A DNA stretch of 58,994 nucleotides from a virus (taxonomy: Duplodnaviria; Caudoviricetes). Numbering within the stretch: position 1 is the first letter of the stretch; every line of letters begins with the position of its first letter. Location: the IMG/VR virus record IMGVR_UViG_3300033151_000226, positions 1 to 58,994 of that record, one strand, 5' to 3'. This document shows, one piece after another, positions 20,501 to 29,500 of the stretch. The notes below the pieces were generated by a model. That model had not been told where the DNA came from. It made no database searches and was given only the letters and a program-made list of their open reading frames with translations. The position numbers were made by a program, and so were the translations under genes.

Positions 20501-23500
20501 TAAAAAGGATCCATCAAATTTCTTTTTAGCCTGGGTGTTGAAGTTGTCGTTGTAATGCCGTACCAGCATTGACCGGCGTTCCGGTGTTTTCCACAACCAT
20601 TCCTGGAAGTGCTCTTGCAGTTCTTTCCGCTTTGCGTTTGCTTCCTGTGTGGCCACCGCGTCAACGGACGTAGATCCGTCGTCATTCTTGAATGTGACCT
20701 TTACTTCTTTGCCCCGTATGGCGTGGTCAATAATGCGCTGCAACGATACTGCCTGTGTAGCGTATTCACGCGCTGCAGGCTTCGCTTGGGCCCATGCCTT
20801 TTGTGAACCTTCCCACCTACCCAGGGCAGGAATGTAGGCATATGACGTATTCCATCCAGTGAGATCTTTAAGATACTCGTTCATAGTGTCCGGTGGGATC
20901 CATGGCGAGTGCATATCACTACTAATCTCGATCGCCGGGATATCCGCGGGCTGTACTTCGGCCAGTGCTTTGATGTTTTCCATCATGTTCGAGTCGGTTT
21001 CTGACTCTGCGCGGGCTTCGGCCAGCTTGCGCTTGACGTTTCCTGACAGGTATTCAGATCGGATTACATACCCGTCCTTCGGATCCCGGAACAGTTCGCC
21101 GCCCTCTAACAGTTCCTCGGCTACTTCTTCTTCCGTATTGCCGGTCAATTCAGCAATGCGTTCAAGATTGGCCCGGCCAGTCTCGTTAAGTGAAATCAGA
21201 AGGCCGTCACTGGCGCTGTCGGCGTGGTTCGGTGGTGTTTGGGGTATCGCTACTGCTTTCTTGAAGATATCCGCTTTCCCGGCCTTCGACGCGGCTACCT
21301 GTTGGCCGGTGTTCTTCGCTACCGTTGCGCTAACTGGTTTTGAGTAATCAGTTTCAAGTGCCAACAACCTGGGGAAGTCTGGATCGTCACGCAAAGCCAG
21401 CTTGTTCTGTTGGTCGTGGAAATATCCATGCGCTTTCTGAAATGCGTTGTAATGCTTGTTGAGTTGGGCACGCAAGAGTTTGAGCGCGGCCGGGGGTGAG
21501 TTTGGATTGATCTCGGCTTTGAGTAGGTTGTTAAGCGAATCACGCACGCGGATCCCGCTAATCATCCGGTCCCTGGCTTTCTTGTTCCGCAGGGTTGCTG
21601 GTTCGGATCTGAATGTCGTATTCCCGTCCGGGTCAACTACGTCGGGTAAACGCTGGTACACATTGCCCTTGCTTTCAAAGTAACCATGCACCTTGGCCGT
21701 TGTATCTACTTGCAGTTCAGCGTCGGGAATGGGTTTTTCGAGTCGCTTCCTGGCCTTCGTGTCTACCTTGTAGATCCTGACTGGCAGCATTTCGACTGCA
21801 CTCTTGATCTGGTTCGGAAGGGTTCTCTTTTCGTTCGGGGCCAGTGTGGGCTCGTCCTCACGATACATGGATCCAGAACGTTGCCACGTACCGAGCATCA
21901 TTTCGGGATATCTCGCAAAATACTCGTTTGTCACGATATCTTCGCCGCCCAGGGCGTCGGGGATCTCTGCAACGTTCGTCCAGTTCAGGCTTTTACTGGG
22001 TTCACCTGGGATGCGTTTCTGCAAAAAGATGATATCCGTAACCACTTCGGTTAAGGCATTTTCCTTGAAGGCCGTGTTTGGTAGGCGGATCGCGCCCAGG
22101 AAGTCTGCTTCGCTTTCAAGGTACTTCCGGGTTTTCGCTACCTTCTTGTCCATCAGGTGACGCGAGATAACCATTGCCACCAAGCCACCAGGCCGAACCT
22201 TCTTAATGGCTTTGCCAAAGAAGTAGTTATGAATTGACCAGCCGGAGATATCACGATTGGCCATATCTGTGATCGGGTAATTGCCGAATGGCGGGTTGCC
22301 GATAACCAGATCGAAGGTGTTGTCCTGGAAGGGGATCTCTTGGAAGCCCTTTTCCGCGTGGACCGTAGCTTGTGGGTACAGCTGTTGAGCGATCCGGCCG
22401 GTGATACTGTCGAGCTCTACACCTACCAGTCGGGACTTGGCCCGCATAGTTTCAGGCAATAGGCCAAAGAAGTTACCAGTGCCTACCGCTGGCTCAAGGA
22501 TCCGGCCGCCCCGGAAGCCAAGGCGCCTTATACCCGCGTAGATCCCTTCGATAACGTCAGTGCTTGTAAAGTGAGCATTGGTTGTAGATCGGCCGGCCGC
22601 TTCCAGTTCTGATTCAGTGAGCACGGCTTCAAGCTCTGGAACTTCTGATTCCCAACCTTTTGTAATGCCCTTGCTTGGGTGCCTGAACGCTTGCGGGATC
22701 CCGCCCCAACCAACATACCGGGCAAGGGTTCTCTGTTCTTCTGGCGTGGCCATTCGTTCGGTCTGCTCAAGATCCTTGAGAAGCTCGATAGCCTTGATAT
22801 TGTCTTTGTACTTGGTTTTTGCCCCACCGGATCCGAGCTCGTCGGATGGTGTTATGACATAGTTTGACCCGGCATTGGCTCCGGTCGTTCGATCTGTACT
22901 GTCCCCAGTTCGTCCAGGTACTCGTTCGTTTCCTGCTGGAGATCCTGTAGTTCCTGCATCAACTTCTGGCCTTCCGTCAGTGGTTCCTCGTCCTCGCTCT
23001 CCGGTGGCAGTATCAGGTAGTTGTTCCGTACTTCCATCCACGCTTCTTGGTGGCTGTACCCGCCCTCCATCAGCTCGTCGATCTCCCTCGCTGTCTGGTT
23101 CGCTGCGTCCTGTAGTGCCTGTTCCAGATCCTTCGACTTCTTGAGTTCCAGGTACATCGTCGGCCGGTGCTCCTTCCAGTGCGCCCTTGCCTTCGCTACC
23201 CAACCTCTCAGCTGTCTTTTCATTTTCCGTTTCCTCTGTATTAAGTATAGCACCTAAACCCTCTTTTATGTCCCCAAACAGCTCACCTTGGTCGGTGGTG
23301 GTTGGTTGTTCGGTTTGTGCTACTGCTTCGGCTCTGGCTTCGCCGCGGCTCTGGTATTCGGCTTCTCTGTGCAACGCACGCCACGCGGCCATTACCGCAC
23401 TGTCCTCAAGGATATCGTGCCTGTCCCACATCTCCTGGACGGTGCCTTGCTTGATCGCTACTTTGAGCTCTGCAAGTGGCACGCCGATATACCCGGCATA

Positions 23501-26500
23501 TTCTTTGAGTTGCTTCGGGGTCCAGCCATGGCCGATATCGTCTGCGCCCATTTGCTCGGTATCGTCAAACTCGGCCGTGCCCATCTTTTCTTCGGTAATC
23601 CGATCGCGTATTGCCGGTACTGCTTCGCCAATGCGTTTCGAGTTGGCCCGGAGCCGGTTTGCGTCACTGGTAATGACCGGGGCTTCGTTGCCCGGCCAGT
23701 ATTCTTCGATAACCTTTTTGAGATCCAAGAGCTTCTTACGATTGGCTGCGATACCAAGCAAGTGCACGGCCTTCGGTGTTGGGCCATGCCAGTTACGAAA
23801 CAGGTTTTCGATATCTTGCGGGCTCATGGCTTCGGCTTGACTGGGGAGCCCAAGCACGTAATTACCATCACCAAACAATGCGCCCAGGTGCTTAACCGCT
23901 TCAAAGAAGCCGCCGTCACCCTTCTGGACCGGCATTATCAGATTGGTTTTCTTGGCCAGTCGCATGAGTGCGCTCATGTGTTCTTTCTGGAGCTCGATCG
24001 TGCGGGCCTGCTTGCCAACAACATCGGGAGCAACGATCCATAGTGTTTCTTTGCTGCCTGTTCCAACCGATTCTACAATAGCTTCGTACCTGGCTAATAG
24101 TTCGTCAAAGGGTAGCTCTGCCAAAGCCGTTGCAGCGTCCTTCTCGGCCTTGGTAGTGGCCTTATCGTAAGCTGCCAAGGACTGTTTGAACGCGCTGTAT
24201 GCACCGGAATCAATAAATACCGGGTGTCCATCCTTCGCCATTTCAATAACCTGGCTGGTCGCGGATCCTTGCAACTCTGGAAGTGCCACGCCTACTGCCT
24301 TGCCTGCTTTCTGGTAGCCGCTAAGATCTCCGGGCCTGCTGGCGCCGGAACGGAACGAGTACACGCCCTGGACAAACTGCGAGTCGTTGAGGATCCGTTG
24401 GGTAGTTGATACGTCCGGCTCGGCCGGGGCGGGCACCTTGAACAGATCCGCAACATCAACGACGTTGAACAGGTATAGGCTCATGCCTTCGCGCTCTGCG
24501 ATCGTTACGTTGTTTAAGCTGATACCGGCCATTGTTACCCGGTTCATGTTGTCGCCGCGGATCCGCGCTTCTTCAACGGCCGCATCAATCAACCAACGAT
24601 CGAGTTTATTGCGATCGTTCTTGGCCTTCTGGCCAACGCCAAAGCCACTATCGTTCTCGGCATTGAATAACAGGCCACGCACGTCCGGGAAGGTGAGCGT
24701 CTGCCCGCTGCGGGTTGTTACGGTGTCGGCTGTTACCTTCGGCGTGAACTCGCCTGAAACGTTGTCACCCTCGCGCATGGTGCCGGTGTAGCCTTCGACG
24801 GGTTCTACGTCCCTGGCCGTACTGTTGGCCATGAAGAACGCATACGCAAAGCCTTCCGGGGTCTGCGATCGCCGGGCCTTATCTTCTTCCACGTCACCGC
24901 GGAGTTTGTGCATTAAGGATCCGAGCGTTGCTTCGACGTTCGCGGTCGGCAATGCGGGATTGAACTCGCCCCATAACTGGGTAGTCTTGGTGTACGGGTC
25001 GCCGTAATGGTGGGGCTGGAACACCAGCAATGGTTTTGGTAGGTTCGCTTCTGTCGCTATCCGGCCAATGGGGTTCTCAAGCACGTAAAACGTGGGATCT
25101 GTGAACTCGATAATGACTTTGGTTACATCAACCAGGGTTGTGGCGTACTCAAGCGGAGTGTCGAAGTAGTCAGTAGCCCATAGGCCGTACTTCTTCTCTA
25201 CCATTGCCGAGCTCTTGAGATCGTGTTGTGTTTTCCACCACCGGGCACCGGATACCGCAAACGACGTGCAAGGGCACGCGGCCAGTATGCCTACAACCTT
25301 TTTACCAGCTTCGTGGATATCTAAAATATCCCCTGTTGGCATGAACCGGACCAGATCATCACCGTCTTTGATATCGTAACGGATCACGTCATACCCGGCG
25401 TCTACATACGGTTGACTCCATGCACCAGTGGTATCAAATAGGCTGAGTATCACTTCTCTGCTGTGATCTTCTTCCCGGCCGATCCGCTTGGCTTCACGTT
25501 TCCAGGCTTCCAGCTGTGCTGCTGCCTGCTGGCTGGTAAGTAGCTGGTCGCCAATATGTTTCTTTGCAAAGTGCTTTTCTTCGTGTGCCGGGAATATAAC
25601 GTCCTTGGTCTTGTACCCTTCTGCCTGAGTCTGAGCCAGTTCCGGCGTGATCTTCTGATCCGCACGATCCCGCAAGGTGCCGTTATACATGATCTTGACG
25701 TAAAGGTTGCCGTTTTCGTCGGTAATCTTGGCCGTACCGAGATCCCTTGAGCCCGCACCAGTCTGTTGCCGAAAATCATTCCACTTGTCAATCGCGTCCT
25801 GGACTGATTTAACTTTGAACCTGTGTGGGTTGTCGCCTTCCTTGGGGCCACCCCACTCAACAAAGAATTGCGGGCGATACGCAATCGCGCTATCCGGCGC
25901 CGTGTCGAACGATTCCAGCTGTTCCTTGATGGTTCCCGCTTCCGTTTCTGCTTCTGGTACTGGTTCTGTTGCTGGTTCCGGTTCTGCTTCTGGTTTCGGC
26001 AATACAGATTCGGCCCATTCCTCTAACCTGGAGTCGCCCCAATTCTCGGCCCGGTCGCGCCATTGAAGGTGCCCGGTTACTTCCCGGCCGTCTGCTGATC
26101 GAACTACAGTCTTGTTGGCACCACCGCGGGTATCCTTGAGCTGCATCTTGATTGCCGTACCGTTTGGTAGCTTGATAGTCCTCGTTACGTTCGATTCTTC
26201 CCACAGTGCTTCGTCGGATTGTCTCGCTTTCTTCCAACGCTTCTCGCCTTTAAGGTGGCCTTCGAGTAGTTCAACTTCCTCGAACATGCCGCCATGCTGT
26301 TCCTCGATCTTGCCGGTGAACTCTGCCAGATCTCCCTTGAAGTAGGTTTCTTCCCGCGTGGCCGCCTGCTTGAGCTCTTTCTGTTTGCCCTGGTTGAGTT
26401 TCTTACGAACCGCAAGCCAATACTCCGTCCAAGTCGGGGATCTGCCGAGATCCTTTTCAAGCCTGTTCCAAAGTTGCGTAGCCCGGCTTTCCTGCATACT

Positions 26501-29500
26501 GGTGAAGTTGGCCGTACTGATCGACGCCATTTTCTTTGGAATAGCCCGGTCCATGGCTCCCGCTTCTTCTTTACTCCAAGCCTTTAAGAAACTATCCGGG
26601 ATCGGTGAGTCGTTCGGTTGCCCAAGGAACTCGGCCATAGACGATCGGTACTCGCTTGTTATGCCGTCCTCTTTTGGTGGGGCCGGTGGCATTTTCGCGC
26701 CTTCAAACAGATTGAAGTCGAAATTGCCAAACGGTTTGCTTTGGTTGCCATTTTCTAACCACTCTTTCAGGGCGGGTAGCGTGGTCATTGTGTGACCGGC
26801 GTATACCTGGGTGTCCTCAAAGCCTTCGCTGTAGTTGCGGAAGTAGGTTTCTTTTTCTTTGAATTGCTCGGCACCAATAATTATCTTGTGCTCGTCAAAC
26901 CTGCCAGTCTCGATATCTCGCTGGTCAACGATTGCAACACGCGGCCTGTCACTTGCCGCTTCCGGGCCCAGGAACACATCTACATGATCGCCGTCGTTGC
27001 CTTCGGTGCGTTTGATGTATCCGTAGTGGTCGACCATCGTTACTTGCCAGTCTTTGCCCTCGCGAGTGCTGCCGGACGGGTTCTCGATAGTGATATCAAA
27101 ACCGTGAAGGTTTACGTGGCCCTTCTTATAATTTCCTGCGTCCTTCTGGCCTTCGGTGGGTTCGGGTAGGTCATTGGTAGGCGACGTTGCCGCTTCGTGG
27201 GCCGCTTCGTTTAGATTTTCTTCGCCGTCACCAATTACGGGCGGGGATTTCTCCCCGCCTTCATTGACGAGATCTACTTCGGCTTGTTGCTGATCCCGTG
27301 TACGTGGTTGCTCCCTTCCTTCGCGCACTTGCCGCCGCTGTTCTTGCCCTGGTTCGCGTCCTGGACCCGGTGGTCGTTGTTCACCTTCCGGGATGGGGTC
27401 TTGCCGCCCTTCCTCTTGATCGGGTAGCCCGCTGTATTGTTGTCCATCATCTGTATCCTCTTGTGTTGCCACATCTTCAAGGGTTGTAGCGGAGCCCTGT
27501 TCTGTTGCCGGATCCCCGGTAAGATTTACCGTCTTACCTTCTTCGAGATCTTGGCCTTGTTTCTCTCTGGCACGCTGTTCAATAACGCGCCGCGCTTCTT
27601 TCGCAAGCTCCTCATGCGGGGAACGTTTCAGTTGTTCGAGTACGTGATCCGGGGCGATATCCATGGTATCGAGCAATTCATCATGGAGCCACTTGCGGGC
27701 ATTGACGCCGCGCTCTTTCAGGATATCCCAGGCTACTTGCCGGGCATTGTCGGATCTGGTTGGATCTGCCCACTCGTCGATAAGCTGCCGATCTTCCTGC
27801 TTCTCCAGGGAAGGCCGGATCTTCTTCATTCGTTTAGCGTCTGTCTCGCCGGTTATGCCACTTTCATTCGGTGAGAAGTTCTTAACATCACGATCGCGGA
27901 ACGTGTCTGCGATCATACCTGGCACTGACGCCGGGCCACCCATCATCATACCAACGCCAAAGGCCCAACCGATCCGGCCAAAGCCTTCACCAAACGTGGG
28001 GGCGTTCATTGTTTCGTCAATGTCGCCGCCAATGTGGGCCAGTTCTGTAACGGCTTCTGAACCACCTTCGGCCAAGGTGTTGATACCCAGTCCCTTCAAT
28101 CCCTTGATACCAATGGCCGCACGCTGGAACACGCCAAAGATGCGCTCTGGCACCACTTCGGCCAATGTCCTGAATACCATTTCTCTGGTTGCTTGTACGG
28201 GATCCTTACCGTCGTCGATCCGGGCCTTTACGTACTCGCCTGGTGCAACCATGGCGGCCATAACTGCTTCACCGGCCCATGGCAGCTTCGATACCGCACT
28301 GGCAAACATACCACTGGCCAGATATGGCAGGGAGTCCATTGCATCGGATCCCATTCGTAGAATGATATTCTCAGGACGTGAGAATCCCGCATGACGCATG
28401 TTGGTTGTTGCGGCTTCGTACAGATCCTTTGCAACCTGTTCGAGTGCCGGGTTCATGTTGTCCGGGTGATCGGCCGCCATTTGTGTGACGCCAGCTGCCC
28501 ACTCTTTGCCCATACCGGCATACTGCTGTACCCGGCCAAAGATCCAGTCCTTACCGTTTTTGAAGTCGGCCAATACTTCTTTTTGGAAGGCTTCTTCGTT
28601 CTCAACGCCGCGCTTACGCATTTCGAGCTTGCCCAGGTAGTCGGCCCACTGTTCATCTGAGAACATTGCCAGCATAGGATTACCGGCCATTTGCGGGGTT
28701 ATGTACTTGGTGAGATCGTTGAGCTGCGTTACGCGGGTTGCATACCGGGTAAATTCTTCGTCAGAGATCCGGCCAAGGTCCGGGTGTGAATAAATGGTAT
28801 CAGGGGCGAGTCCACGATCGACAAGAGCTTTCAATCCCTTGTGTCGCTTCTCCATGAGAGCGAAGGTTTCTGGTGTTTGTGTGACAGTGCCCTGGAACGG
28901 ACGGTCTACGCTGTAATCGTTCGGGCCGTCCAGTGCCGGGTTATCAGCACCATGGCGACGGGCGAAACGACTACGCGCCTGCGTGTCTGGTGTTGATGGG
29001 TTGATGGTAGTTTCTTGGCTGGCCGGCCACTTGATGCGATCGCCGTTATCGTCGAACTGTTCAATGCTTCCGGGCTCGTTGTCACCTTCCAGGAAGGCGT
29101 CGATTGCGGCTTCCTCGTTGTCGTATCCTGCGGTATTGACCATGTAACGCTGGCCATTATGGTCAAACGGGATGGTATCGCGCATTTCCACCCCTCGCGG
29201 GGCTGCGGTTGGCTGTTCTCGTTGGGCCGGTGCCTGCGGTGTGTTCAGATCGTAACTGTTGGCAATACCGGCGATATCCGGTTGTTCTAACTCTACGTGT
29301 TCTTCTTCTGCGGCCCTTACTGCTTCATCGGCCGTTGAATACGGATTTACCTTGCCAGCTTGTATATCAGATAGCGCGGCTTCAATCGCTTCATCGTCTG
29401 ATCCATAATCAATGCCGGTGTCTCTATCGAACCCAGGAACGTTGTACCACTTCCCATCTGGCCCTTGGGCCGTTTTGCTGAGTACCGTCGTGGTGGATCC

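Noticed and set aside
25935-26000. Short repeats TTCTGCTTCTGGT
   Set aside because: They encode a Pro/Glu/Ala linker (PEAEPEPATEPVPEAE), not a DNA element
25890-26460. Other same-strand alternative-frame ORFs in the giant gene
   Set aside because: No convincing RBS or protein-like composition, unlike 22852..23223 and 27274..27450
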